Source: Candidatus Binatia bacterium (GTDB lineage Bacteria > Desulfobacterota > Binatia > Bin18). Taken from it: 64,000 nucleotides of DNA. The stretch lies in the NCBI GenBank assembly GCA_963666315.2, contig CAXXHG010000043.1, positions 480,001-544,000 of the forward strand. The letters are read 5' to 3'. Numbering within the stretch: position 1 is the stretch's first letter; every line of letters begins with the position of its first letter. The notes beneath the pieces are model-generated. The model did not search any database and was not told where the DNA came from. It was given only the letters and a program-made list of their open reading frames with translations. The position numbers and the translations under genes were made by a program. Shown here in pieces: positions 37,899-47,565 of this stretch.

Positions 37899-40445
37899 AT
37901 GGAGTCGTATTTCCGCTGGATTATCCGCTTTCGTTTCTTGGTCATTGGCCTTGTTCTGGCCTCTACTGGCCTGGCTTGGGTCCAGCTGCAATCGTTGCGT
38001 TTTGAGGGCGATGCTGACGCCTTCATCCCCCGAGACGACCCGGTCATGAGCTATAACGATCTAGTCGAGGAGCGCTTTGGTATAAGCGATCTGATTGTTA
38101 TAGGGGTTCTTAATAAAAATCCGGACGAAAACGGGGTCTTTAACCCACGTACCCTGGCCATCATCAAAGAATTCTCGGAAGAGATCGCCCTGCTGCCAGG
38201 CATCAAAGCCATCCGGGATGAAGACGTAGCAAGTGTGGCCACGCTCGATAATATCACCGGGACGGCTGACGGCATGGCCGTCGAGCAGTTCATGGAAACG
38301 GTTCCTCAATCACCCGAGTCACTCGAAGCATTAAAGCAGGCACTCTTTCACAATTCGATGTTCGTCAACTGGATCGTCTCCCAGGACGGTACCGGCATGC
38401 TCATCATGGCCAAAATGGAGCCGGGTGGTGGGACAGTCGAAGGGACTGCGAGACGGATGGCCATTTATACCACCATCCGCGATATGGTTGAGGCGAAAAA
38501 AGCGGCCGGCGCTCCAGAGGAATTCCATATTGCAGGACAAGGCGCTCTGGAGGTCACCTTTGAGGAGGGGATGCGGCAGGACATGGAGACCTTCATCCCG
38601 CTCATTCTCGTGATTGTCCTCGGCACGTTGTATTTTACCTATCGGAGTGTGCGCGGTGTCTTGCTCCCTTTGGCGGTTGTCCTGGTCTCGGTGATTTGGA
38701 CGTTGGGTATTATGGCCGCTGTCGGGATTCCCATGTATTCCATTTCCACCATGATGCCGGTTATCCTGATGGCGGTTGGAGTTGCGAATGGCATTCATAT
38801 ACTCAGCCGTTATTACGAGGAGGTCTTGCAACATCCGGACGTTTCCTCACCCGACGCGGTACTCGCCGCTATGCGAGAGATGTGGCAACCGGTGGTCTTC
38901 ACCTCCTTGACTACGGCGGCCGGGTTTTTATCCTTTTTAACCGCTAGCATTCTGCCCATCCGCTATTTTGGTGTCTTTACCTCTATAGGTGTCGTGGCCG
39001 CGATGGTTTTCTCCATCACCTTTTTTCCGGCTCTGTTGAGCCTCCTGCCGGTCAAAGTCAGCCGTGGCTTGCGAGCCCAAATGGGCCGCAGTGGTGACCT
39101 GGCGGCGACCGGCTGGGCGGCACGGACGCTCTCCCGCTTAGGCGTCGGCGTTGCGCGAAAACCAATAGTGGTGTGGGGAGTGACAACCCTTGTCATGCTG
39201 GTGTGTCTGCTTGGTGCGCAGCTCATTTTTGTAGATACCTCATTTATCAAGATGACCGATCCAAACAGCCCCGTGCGGATTGCGGATACCGTCTTGGGCG
39301 AGACGTTCCAAGGCAATCTGCCGCTGTATATTGCGATTGAAGGGCATCAGCCGGATCTACTCAAAGATCCGGTGCTGCTTGCCAAACTCGATCGCCTCCA
39401 AGCCTTCGTCGAACAAGATCCGATCGTTGGCGGGTCTTTGTCGTTGGCCGAGTATATCAAACGCATGAACAGGGTGATGAACGAGGATCGTCCAGAAATG
39501 GAAGTGATTCCAGACTCGCAAGACCTCGTCGCCCAGTACTTGTTGCTGTATTCTTTCTCTGGTGATCCTGACGATTTTGATGAAATCGTGGATTACGACT
39601 ATCAATACGCCAACCTGACGATATTTTTGCGCTCGGATAGCACCCAGGACATCAAACGCGTGGTTGAGCTTGTGCGAGACTTTGCCGTGCGTGAATTTGG
39701 ATATGCCGGAGACAACGACAACGCAGATACCGGCGCACGGGACCCGTGGCCCATCCGCTTTGGCCGCTGGCTGGCTGGCATCGAGCCCACGGTTGTTGGT
39801 TGGGAAACAAACAGCGGTTTTCGACTTGGGATTGCTGGGAATGGCTATCTGACTACCCGTTTTAGCGAACTGGTGGTATCCGGGCAGCTGGCGAGTCTGG
39901 TCGTCTCCCTCGTGGCCGTCTTCTTATTGACGTCGTTTATGTTTCACTCCTGGGTCGCTGGGCTGATCAATATTATCCCGATTAGTTTAGTCATGGTTTT
40001 TAGTTTTGGACTGCTCGGACTTCTCGGCATCCCACTTGAAGTTGGCAAATCGTTAACCGCCTCTATGGTGATTGGTATTGGCATCGATTATACAATCCAC
40101 TTCCTGAATAAATACCGGATTAAAGTCCGCTCTGGCTTGACGGACCCTGAAGAGATTACCGCAGCTACCATGGCGACGTCGGGCAAGGCCATCTTTTTTA
40201 ATGCACTAGTTGTGACGGCTAGCTTCTTAGTATTTCTCACCTCAAACTTTCGACCTAATTTTTATCTCGGGGCGATGTTGTCGCTGAATATGGGCGCATG
40301 CCTCTTGGTGTCGATGACCGTCCTGCCCGCGATCCTGAATACGTTTAAACCGCGTTTTGTGTACGGCGAAAAGCCGGGGTCTGTGACGCCGCCGCAAACG
40401 GCTGACCGAGCAGTTTCAGCGAGAGAAGAAGAGGAAGCAATATAG
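37899..40445 (+). CDS. MMPL/RND-superfamily transporter (paralog 2)
   Basis: 848 aa, colinear with paralogs 1 and 3; AVGVANGIH, GIGIDYTIHF. Confidence 0.93.
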   Translation: MESYFRWIIRFRFLVIGLVLASTGLAWVQLQSLRFEGDADAFIPRDDPVMSYNDLVEERFGISDLIVIGVLNKNPDENGVFNPRTLAIIKEFSEEIALLPGIKAIRDEDVASVATLDNITGTADGMAVEQFMETVPQSPESLEALKQALFHNSMFVNWIVSQDGTGMLIMAKMEPGGGTVEGTARRMAIYTTIRDMVEAKKAAGAPEEFHIAGQGALEVTFEEGMRQDMETFIPLILVIVLGTLYFTYRSVRGVLLPLAVVLVSVIWTLGIMAAVGIPMYSISTMMPVILMAVGVANGIHILSRYYEEVLQHPDVSSPDAVLAAMREMWQPVVFTSLTTAAGFLSFLTASILPIRYFGVFTSIGVVAAMVFSITFFPALLSLLPVKVSRGLRAQMGRSGDLAATGWAARTLSRLGVGVARKPIVVWGVTTLVMLVCLLGAQLIFVDTSFIKMTDPNSPVRIADTVLGETFQGNLPLYIAIEGHQPDLLKDPVLLAKLDRLQAFVEQDPIVGGSLSLAEYIKRMNRVMNEDRPEMEVIPDSQDLVAQYLLLYSFSGDPDDFDEIVDYDYQYANLTIFLRSDSTQDIKRVVELVRDFAVREFGYAGDNDNADTGARDPWPIRFGRWLAGIEPTVVGWETNSGFRLGIAGNGYLTTRFSELVVSGQLASLVVSLVAVFLLTSFMFHSWVAGLINIIPISLVMVFSFGLLGLLGIPLEVGKSLTASMVIGIGIDYTIHFLNKYRIKVRSGLTDPEEITAATMATSGKAIFFNALVVTASFLVFLTSNFRPNFYLGAMLSLNMGACLLVSMTVLPAILNTFKPRFVYGEKPGSVTPPQTADRAVSAREEEEAI

Positions 40446-40535
40446 AAAACCATGTGGACAATGACAATCGGACTCGGGTTGCTCGTCTTGAGCACGGCCC
40501 TAGCTGTCTCTGCGGAAGAAATTCCCGGCGAGCCG
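40440..40535 (+). pseudogene. Truncated LolA-like gene (signal-peptide stub)
   Basis: KTMWTMTIGLGLLVLST..EEIPGEP matches the 44019 gene start MKTICIMTIGLGLLLLST..QEIPGEP, then the homology stops. Confidence 0.8.
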
Positions 40536-40717
40536 AGGCTATATTTATTTTGCGCCGCAGCCGCCGATCTGGCCGGCCGGCGCGATCTTCTGGTCCGTAC
40601 CAATCGACGAAGGCAAGGTACGGGTGTTCACGTGCGCGACCTTCCACGGCGAATCCAAGGATCGTGCCCGCGCGTGGATCATGCAGTTCGTGCATTGGCG
40701 CAGTCTTCTCTCCGTAC

Positions 40718-40749
40718 TTGATCTAACTGAACGTTCGGTTAATTATAGT
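40718..40749 (+). promoter_or_regulatory. Promoter with near-perfect 18-bp palindrome TAACTGAACGTTCGGTTA (candidate TetR operator)
   Basis: Palindrome lies between TTGATC and AATTAT/TATAGT just upstream of TetR copy 2. Confidence 0.65.
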
Positions 40750-40757
40750 AGGTAGAT

Positions 40758-41450
40758 ATGTCTCGACCAGTCAAAACACCTTCATCGCCTGATTATCGGA
40801 CCAAGATCGGTACGGTGGCTGAAGCGCTGTTTGCCGAACGTGGCTTCGACGGGACCTCCCTGCGCGAGATTGCCGAGCGGACTGGGGCAACCAAGGCGCT
40901 CATCTATCACTACTACGAGAATAAAGAGGCGCTGTATCAGACGATTCTCGAGGACGGGGTGAGTGGCGTTGTCACCCAGGTTGAAGAGATTGCGGAAGAC
41001 GGGACAGATCCCGAGGTCCAGATCCGGGCTATTGTCCAGGTGTTTCTGAATGCCTACCACGATGCGCCGCACCGTTTCCAGATGATCCAACGCGCGATCG
41101 ACGACCATCATTCGATTGCGGCTGTTCTCGCTGAACGCTGGTTTTCGCGTGCGCACCTTGCCTTACAGGCTATTGTTGCCGAAGGTGTGCGACAAGGCGG
41201 TTTTAAGCCACTGCCGGCCCAGATGGTTCCGTTCGCTATCATTGGGCTTATCGTCCACACGCTGCGCGGGCAGAAACTTGTCAGTCACATTGATCCGAAC
41301 CTGTCTGGCGAGCAGGTTTTAACTGCCCTGCCGGATTTAGTGCTAGCATTGCTCACAGCCGATTCTGGTCAAAAAAAAATCAGCCTAAGCTCTTCACTTC
41401 CGTCTCGGAGGCGTTCGCCGAGTCAGGCCAAACGAAGAGCTAAAGGTTAA
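40758..41450 (+). CDS. TetR/AcrR family regulator (copy 2)
   Basis: ALFAERGFDGTSLREIA..LIYHYYENKEALY. Confidence 0.92.
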   Translation: MSRPVKTPSSPDYRTKIGTVAEALFAERGFDGTSLREIAERTGATKALIYHYYENKEALYQTILEDGVSGVVTQVEEIAEDGTDPEVQIRAIVQVFLNAYHDAPHRFQMIQRAIDDHHSIAAVLAERWFSRAHLALQAIVAEGVRQGGFKPLPAQMVPFAIIGLIVHTLRGQKLVSHIDPNLSGEQVLTALPDLVLALLTADSGQKKISLSSSLPSRRRSPSQAKRRAKG

Positions 41451-41478
41451 GTGCAAAGGACTATACAGGAAGAACTGA

Positions 41479-44022
41479 ATGGAAGCATTTTTTCGTTTGA
41501 TCATCCGATTTCGTTTTCTCGTTATCGCCGCTGTCGTGGGCTGTACGATTGTCGCCGGGATGCAGATGCAAAATCTGCGCTTTGAGAGTGACGCCGAGTC
41601 CATGATCCCACCCAATGATCCGGTCCTCCACTACAACGATGTTGTGAAGGAGCGCTTTGGGATGCTGGATCTCATTATTGTCGGCGTCCTGAATGACAAC
41701 CCGGAAGAAAACGGGGTCTTCAATCCACGGACCCTGGGCATCGTCAAAGAATTCTCTGAGAAAATTGCGCTGCTGCCCGGGATCAAAGCCGTCCGGGATG
41801 AAGATGTGGCAAGCGTTGCTACCATGGATAATATTACCGGTACCAGTGACGGCATGTCGGTCGATCCTTTCATGGAAGAGACGCCACAGTCGCCCGAAGA
41901 ATTGACAGCGCTGAAAGACGCCTTGTTTAGCAATGCGATGTTTGTTGACTGGATTGTATCCCACGATGGGACCGGTCTGCTCATCATGGCTAAGATGGAA
42001 TCGTCTGAAGGGACGCTCGAAGGCGTTGCTCGGCGGGCAGCAATCTATACCACTATCCGTGACATGATTCGGGAGAAGGAAGCGACCGGGGTGCCCGAGC
42101 AATTTCATATTGCCGGGCGCGGCGCCATGGAGGTGACGTTCTCCGAAGATGCTCGCAGCGATATGGAAATGTTCATGCCGCTGGTGCTGTGCATCGTCCT
42201 GGGAACGCTCTACTTAACCTACCGCAGCCTGCGCGGTGTACTCCTGCCGTTTGCGGTTGTGATCATCTCCGTCATCTGGAGCCTGGGCAGTATGGCCTGG
42301 GTTGGTATTCCGATGTACTTCGTCTCGACCATGATGCCGGTCACGCTGATGGCGATCGGCGTGGCCTATGGCATTCATATTCTCAGTCGTTACTACGAGG
42401 AAATTTCCAGTCATCCGGATACGTCTGCGACCGAAGCCGTGGTCGCCGCTATGCACGAGATGTGGAAGCCGGTCGTGTTCACGGCACTGACAACGGTGGC
42501 GGGTTTTCTATCTTTTCTGACTGCGGCCATGGTGCCCATTCGTCACTTCGGCGTGTTTACCTCAGTTGGTGTCCTGGCTGCGATGGTTGTCTCGCTGACT
42601 TTCTTTCCTGCCGTATTGAGCCTGCTGCCGCCCAAGGCGAGTCGCGGCCTGCGTAATCAAAAGAGCCAAAGTGGAGACCTGGCCGCTACAGGCTGGGCGG
42701 TCCGCATCCTTTCCAACCTGGGCCGCGGCGTAGCCCAGCGCCCGGTGTTGGTGTGGGGAGCAGTGGCAAGCGTTATGTTCGTCTGTCTGATAGGCACCCG
42801 GCAGCTTCAGGTCGACAGCTCGTGGATAGACGTTTTCCACGAGCAGAGCCCGGTCCGTCTTGGCGACGAGGCCTTGCGGGATAAATTTCAAGGCACGCTG
42901 CCCTTGTACGTGGCAATCGAAGGGCATGCCCCGGACTTGCTCAAAGACCCGGCCCTGTTGCGCAAGATTGACCGTCTTCAAGCCGAGGTCGAGCAGGATC
43001 CTGTTGTGGGCGGATCGTTGTCCATTGCCGAGTTTATTAAACGCATGAATCGGGTCATGCATGAGGATCGAGAGGAGATGGAAGTCATCCCCGACTCGCG
43101 CGATCTGATCGCGCAATATCTCTTGCTGTACTCGTTCTCTGGAGACCCGGATGATTTCGATGAAGTCGTCGACTATGATTACCAACATGCCAATATCGCC
43201 TTTTACCTGCGCTCAGATCACAGCGCGGATATCGAGCGCGTAATTCATCGGATTCAGGATTTCGTGGTCCGAGAATTTGGCCGGGTTGACAATGAAACTA
43301 CTGACGCCGGGGCTCAGGATCCGGTGACACTGAAGTTTGGACGCTGGTTAGCCGGAATCAATCCAACCGTCACCGGTTGGGAGACGAACAGTGGCTTTCG
43401 CATCGGTTTCGCCGGGCAGGGCCATATGAGTAACCGGTTTAGTGAACTTGTTGTCTCCGGTCAGTTGAGCAGTCTTGTCACCTCATTGGTCGCCGTTTTT
43501 CTGCTCACAACCTTTATGTTCCGCTCTTTTGTTGCCGGTCTGATCAATATCATTCCTATCAGTGCGGTGATGGTTTTCAGCTTTGGACTCATGGGGCTGC
43601 TTGGTATTCCTCTTGAAGTTGGAAAATCCATGACCGCCTCCATGGTGATTGGCATTGGCATCGACTATACGATCCACTTTCTCAATAAATATCAGTTGAA
43701 AACCAAGGATGGTGTCCTTAATCCCGAGCAAGTCACTGTGGTAACGATGGCGACCTCGGGAAAAGCCATCTTCTTTAACGCGGCGGTGGTGATCGGCGGC
43801 TTCTTAGTTTTTCTGACCTCTAACTTCAAAGTCAATTATTATCTCGGGGCCATGATGGCCCTCAATATGGGCGCCTGCCTGCTGGCGTCAATGACCATCC
43901 TGCCAGCAATTCTGATTACATTTAAACCGCGTTTTGTGTATGGCGAACAGCCGGCAGCGGGTGCGCCGACGAAAACGATCCACAGCGTAGTTTCAGCCAA
44001 AGAAGAGGAGGAAGCAGTATGA
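41479..44022 (+). CDS. MMPL/RND-superfamily transporter (paralog 3)
   Basis: 847 aa; AIGVAYGIH, GIGIDYTIHF; stop overlaps the LolA-like start (ATGA). Confidence 0.93.
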   Translation: MEAFFRLIIRFRFLVIAAVVGCTIVAGMQMQNLRFESDAESMIPPNDPVLHYNDVVKERFGMLDLIIVGVLNDNPEENGVFNPRTLGIVKEFSEKIALLPGIKAVRDEDVASVATMDNITGTSDGMSVDPFMEETPQSPEELTALKDALFSNAMFVDWIVSHDGTGLLIMAKMESSEGTLEGVARRAAIYTTIRDMIREKEATGVPEQFHIAGRGAMEVTFSEDARSDMEMFMPLVLCIVLGTLYLTYRSLRGVLLPFAVVIISVIWSLGSMAWVGIPMYFVSTMMPVTLMAIGVAYGIHILSRYYEEISSHPDTSATEAVVAAMHEMWKPVVFTALTTVAGFLSFLTAAMVPIRHFGVFTSVGVLAAMVVSLTFFPAVLSLLPPKASRGLRNQKSQSGDLAATGWAVRILSNLGRGVAQRPVLVWGAVASVMFVCLIGTRQLQVDSSWIDVFHEQSPVRLGDEALRDKFQGTLPLYVAIEGHAPDLLKDPALLRKIDRLQAEVEQDPVVGGSLSIAEFIKRMNRVMHEDREEMEVIPDSRDLIAQYLLLYSFSGDPDDFDEVVDYDYQHANIAFYLRSDHSADIERVIHRIQDFVVREFGRVDNETTDAGAQDPVTLKFGRWLAGINPTVTGWETNSGFRIGFAGQGHMSNRFSELVVSGQLSSLVTSLVAVFLLTTFMFRSFVAGLINIIPISAVMVFSFGLMGLLGIPLEVGKSMTASMVIGIGIDYTIHFLNKYQLKTKDGVLNPEQVTVVTMATSGKAIFFNAAVVIGGFLVFLTSNFKVNYYLGAMMALNMGACLLASMTILPAILITFKPRFVYGEQPAAGAPTKTIHSVVSAKEEEEAV

Positions 44023-44828
44023 AAACCATCTGCATAATGACAATTGGACTCGGGTTACTCTTACTCAGCACAATCGCGCCTGTCTATGCACAGGAAATCC
44101 CTGGTGAACCAACCGGACGTGAGATCGCGGTCTTTGTTGATGAACGTGAGGACGGTGACGATCAGATCTCTGAAGCAAACTGGACGTTGACCAATAGTAA
44201 GGGCAAGACGCGCAAACGGCACACCCTACGGTATTGGAAAGACTATGACGGCAATGACGGATTGTCCAGCAAGTCCTTTATTTATTTCAAATTTCCACCT
44301 GATGTGAAAGACACGACATTCCTGAGTTGGTCCCAAGAGGACGCCGAGGCCGACGACGACCAGTGGATCTATTTGCCTGCGTTGCGCAAAGTCCGGCGCA
44401 TTGCCTCCGGCGATAAAGAAAATTCCTTTATGGGCAGCGACATTATCTACGATGATATGGCGGACCGGGAGGTCGAGGAGGATACGCACAAGCTGCTGCG
44501 CGTCGAGCAGGAGAATGGCACTAAGTTCTATGTTCTGGAGTCCATCCCCAAGAAGGCAAAATACATCTACAGCAAAAAGCTGCGCTGGGTGAATGCGGAA
44601 AACTGGACCGAACCGAGGATAGAATTTTATGACCGCAAAGGCCGGTTGCTCAAAATCTGGACGACAGACTGGGCGCAGATCGACGGGATTTGGAACTGGC
44701 AACGGACAGTGGTGGAGAATCAACTGACCGGACATAAGACAGAGCTTATGATTAGCAACGTCCGATTTAATCAAAATATCAAGGAATCGGTTTTTACAGA
44801 GCGGTCGCTGCGCAAAGGTAAGCCGTAG
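44019..44828 (+). CDS. Outer-membrane lipoprotein-sorting protein (LolA-like)
   Basis: Signal peptide; PPDVKDTTFL, DDDQWIYLPALRKVRRI, SFMGSD, FYDRKGRLLK, FTERSL. Confidence 0.92.
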   Translation: MKTICIMTIGLGLLLLSTIAPVYAQEIPGEPTGREIAVFVDEREDGDDQISEANWTLTNSKGKTRKRHTLRYWKDYDGNDGLSSKSFIYFKFPPDVKDTTFLSWSQEDAEADDDQWIYLPALRKVRRIASGDKENSFMGSDIIYDDMADREVEEDTHKLLRVEQENGTKFYVLESIPKKAKYIYSKKLRWVNAENWTEPRIEFYDRKGRLLKIWTTDWAQIDGIWNWQRTVVENQLTGHKTELMISNVRFNQNIKESVFTERSLRKGKP

Positions 44829-44889
44829 AGCTTTCCTATGATCGAGGCGTTAGTGCAAAAACAGTCAACCTCTTTGGGAATCCGATTTA

Positions 44890-44980
44890 CCTCCTCTCCC
44901 GCTGGCGGGAGAGGAGGGAGGTGAGGGTGGTAGAATTCTCGTTTCATACCCCTCACCCTCGCCCCAAAGGGGCGAGGGAA
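44890..44980. repeat. REP-like repeat family B, inverted pair
   Basis: cctctcccgctggcgggagagg..ggtgaggg followed by cccctcaccctcgccccaaaggggcgaggg. Confidence 0.7.
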
Positions 44981-45033
44981 TTGCTATTCCCAAGGAGCTG
45001 TCTTGAAGCTGCGTTAGGGTCCCCTTACCTGTT

Positions 45034-47016
45034 ATGAGCAGCCTACCCCCGAGCGTGAAGACATGGTTCTTCATCCTCACCATAATCCTTTGGATTGGAG
45101 CGGGAGAATCTTTCGCTCAATCTGATCCTCCCGATCCTCCTTCCGTCATCCGCCTCCAAAAGGCCCATATGACTTCCGAGGGAAGCCAGAGACGCATTGT
45201 CTTTCAATTTTCTCAAGCTCCAGTGTCTGTGTACGCGTTTTCCCTCTCGACTCCAAACCGTCTCGTTATTGATATCATCGGTCCGGTCCCACAACGGTTC
45301 TCGGCCTCTTACAAAGCAAAAGATAGCCTCCTGCGGCGGGTCCGTGTTGGGGTGCATCCGCAACATCTGCGTTTGGTGCTTGATCTAAAAGGCGAAAAGC
45401 TCCCAGCGTTTACTGTGGAGCAGCACGGTAGCCGGGTCACTGCAATTCTCCACAGCTCAGAGCGGATCGCACCGGAAGCGCGTGCTCAGATCCTGTTTGA
45501 AAGTCCGCAAGAGCGAATGTTCGCTCAGTCGATTTCGCAGGCGTCCTCCTCGGCGTCTGCTCCGGCTCGCTCTGAGCAAGAGGTCAAGACAGCGGCAGCT
45601 GAACCGCAGACCGCCCCGAAAACGCGTTCTTCCCTGTCGGAGAAAAGAGTCGCGACAGCCAGTAGCCAGAGTACGCAGAGCGATACTCAGCCCGGCTTGT
45701 TTCATAAGCTGCGCGAGCGCTTAGACGTGACCGGCTTTGTAAAGAATGAAACCGCCTTTCGGCTATACTCCCCGCATCAATTCTCAAAATCTCAGAATTG
45801 GTTTCAGGTCGAAATTGAGTTTGAACTCACCGACTGGGCTGAATTAACGGTGATTGGACGAACGCTTTTTGATCCGGTGAATCATTTAGAGACGGACATT
45901 ACCGATTTCGATTCCTCACCAGTCGATCGCCTAGAGAGTGGCGATTCATTTCAGGCCGAGTTGCGTGAGCTGTATCTCGACCTGGTCTACGACGACTTCG
46001 ATATACGCCTGGGGCGCCAACAGATTGTATGGGGAGAGTCCATCGGCCTGCGTATCCTGGATGTCATTAATCCCCAAGATTTTCGAGAATTCATTCTGAA
46101 TAATTTTATTGATGCCCGGATTCCGCTGTGGGGTATGCGCGCGGGTTACATCCTGAACGACTGGACGTTTGAGGCCGTTTGGTTGCCGGACTTTGAGGCC
46201 GGCCGAGCGGCTGATGAGGGCAGTGAATTTCAATTTCGAAACGTTCCAATTCCCGCCCTGCCTATCCAGCCTCCACCGCCTTTTCCGTCTATCCAGGCCA
46301 GATCGGTGAATGAACCCGAGGATTGGCGACTGAGCGACTCTGAAGTCGGATTCCGGGTCACACGCTTTTTGCGGAATACGGACCTGTCTTTTAACTATCT
46401 GTACTCCTGGAGCGATTTCCCCGTACCGTTCCGGCGCGTACTCGGTCCAAACACGTTTCGCTTCGAGCCTAGCCATGAGCGCTTTCACCTTATTGGCGGG
46501 AGTTTTAACTATGCCTTTGACGTGTTTGTCATTCGGGGCGAAGGTGGGGTGAAGCTGGGGCAGTACTTTGTGTCCGACGATCCAAACGAACGCGACGGAG
46601 TTCAACAGCGCGAACTTTTGTCATATGTCCTAGGGCTCGACTGGACGGTCAGCGATAACCTCCTGGCGAATTTTCAGTTCTTTCAGGATGTCATTTTTAA
46701 TAAATCTGGAGATCTGGTTGACGAGGCCGTTAATAATGCGGTGTCGATCTCCTTGCTCTCAGACTTTTGGAACGAGACGCTCTTTGCTGAGTTGTTCGTT
46801 CTGTACGGCATAAATTTCGGCGACCTTCTCATCCGTCCTCAAGTTCGGTACGCATTCTCGGATTATCTGTCCGCAACGATCGGCGCGGATCTTTTCATTG
46901 GCTCACGATCCGGATTCTTTGGACAATACGCGGCTTCGGTTAATCCGCACGATCGCCACTGGACTGGACGTAACAGTCGATTTTTTCTGGAAGTCAAGCG
47001 GTCGTTTTCGTTGTAG
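45034..47016 (+). CDS. AMIN-domain plus DUF1302-like outer-membrane beta-barrel protein
   Basis: Signal peptide; FSLSTPNRLVIDI..RVRVG..LRLVLDL (AMIN); LRELYLD..DIRLGRQQIVWG..LDVINPQD barrel motifs. Confidence 0.8.
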   Translation: MSSLPPSVKTWFFILTIILWIGAGESFAQSDPPDPPSVIRLQKAHMTSEGSQRRIVFQFSQAPVSVYAFSLSTPNRLVIDIIGPVPQRFSASYKAKDSLLRRVRVGVHPQHLRLVLDLKGEKLPAFTVEQHGSRVTAILHSSERIAPEARAQILFESPQERMFAQSISQASSSASAPARSEQEVKTAAAEPQTAPKTRSSLSEKRVATASSQSTQSDTQPGLFHKLRERLDVTGFVKNETAFRLYSPHQFSKSQNWFQVEIEFELTDWAELTVIGRTLFDPVNHLETDITDFDSSPVDRLESGDSFQAELRELYLDLVYDDFDIRLGRQQIVWGESIGLRILDVINPQDFREFILNNFIDARIPLWGMRAGYILNDWTFEAVWLPDFEAGRAADEGSEFQFRNVPIPALPIQPPPPFPSIQARSVNEPEDWRLSDSEVGFRVTRFLRNTDLSFNYLYSWSDFPVPFRRVLGPNTFRFEPSHERFHLIGGSFNYAFDVFVIRGEGGVKLGQYFVSDDPNERDGVQQRELLSYVLGLDWTVSDNLLANFQFFQDVIFNKSGDLVDEAVNNAVSISLLSDFWNETLFAELFVLYGINFGDLLIRPQVRYAFSDYLSATIGADLFIGSRSGFFGQYAASVNPHDRHWTGRNSRFFLEVKRSFSL

Positions 47017-47034
47017 AGGAGCGCTCAATACAGG

Positions 47035-47114
47035 GATTACCGATTGTCTTCAACCAACACTCCAGCCTCATGCAGTTGTTGCACCTCTTCAATTGAACGT
47101 CTCAAATACGAAGT
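47035..47114 (-). repeat. Diverged duplicate of the 3' end of the CoA-transferase gene (47564-47643)
   Basis: 80-bp direct repeat encoding TSYL-RS-EEV-QL-EAGVLVE-NR-stop. Confidence 0.88.
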
Positions 47115-47292
47115 GAGCGCCATTTCTGCCTCATTTCGGAGAAAAAATTTTTCTTTGTTTTATCCCGGGATACGGAGAAACTTCAACAATTCTTTTGAGG
47201 CCAAGAAAGAACTCTTACACTATTGCTCTGGAAGTTAAACGAGTGGACGAAGAGGTTGTATTAGATTACGTCTTGTTCGATAAAGAGGACCT

Positions 47293-47545
47293 ATAGAAAC
47301 CGTCAATATTCACCAGGCTAAGATCCATCAGTCGCGTCTGCTCGATCGCGTTGTTGCCGGGGAACAGATCATCATTGCGAAGAGCGGGAAGCCGATTGCT
47401 AAGCTGGTGCCCATCATTCCAAGCCGGCTCAAGTCGGGACGGTTGAAGGGCAAGATTAAAATTGCTCGGGATTTTGATGCTCCACTACCGGACTCCATTG
47501 CCGCTGCATTCAGAGGGGAAGGTGAATGGGGCAGCTTCTCCTTAC
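47293..47545 (+). pseudogene. Phd/YefM (VapB-like) antitoxin with ATA start, plus VapC-like toxin stub
   Basis: AGAGGA RBS then ATA-ETVNIHQAK-H-SRLL..GEQIIIAKSGKPIAKLVP..KGKIKIARDFDAPLP; followed by a QLLL stub. Confidence 0.8.
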
Positions 47546-47565
47546 ATATCTCTAAGCTGACCCGA

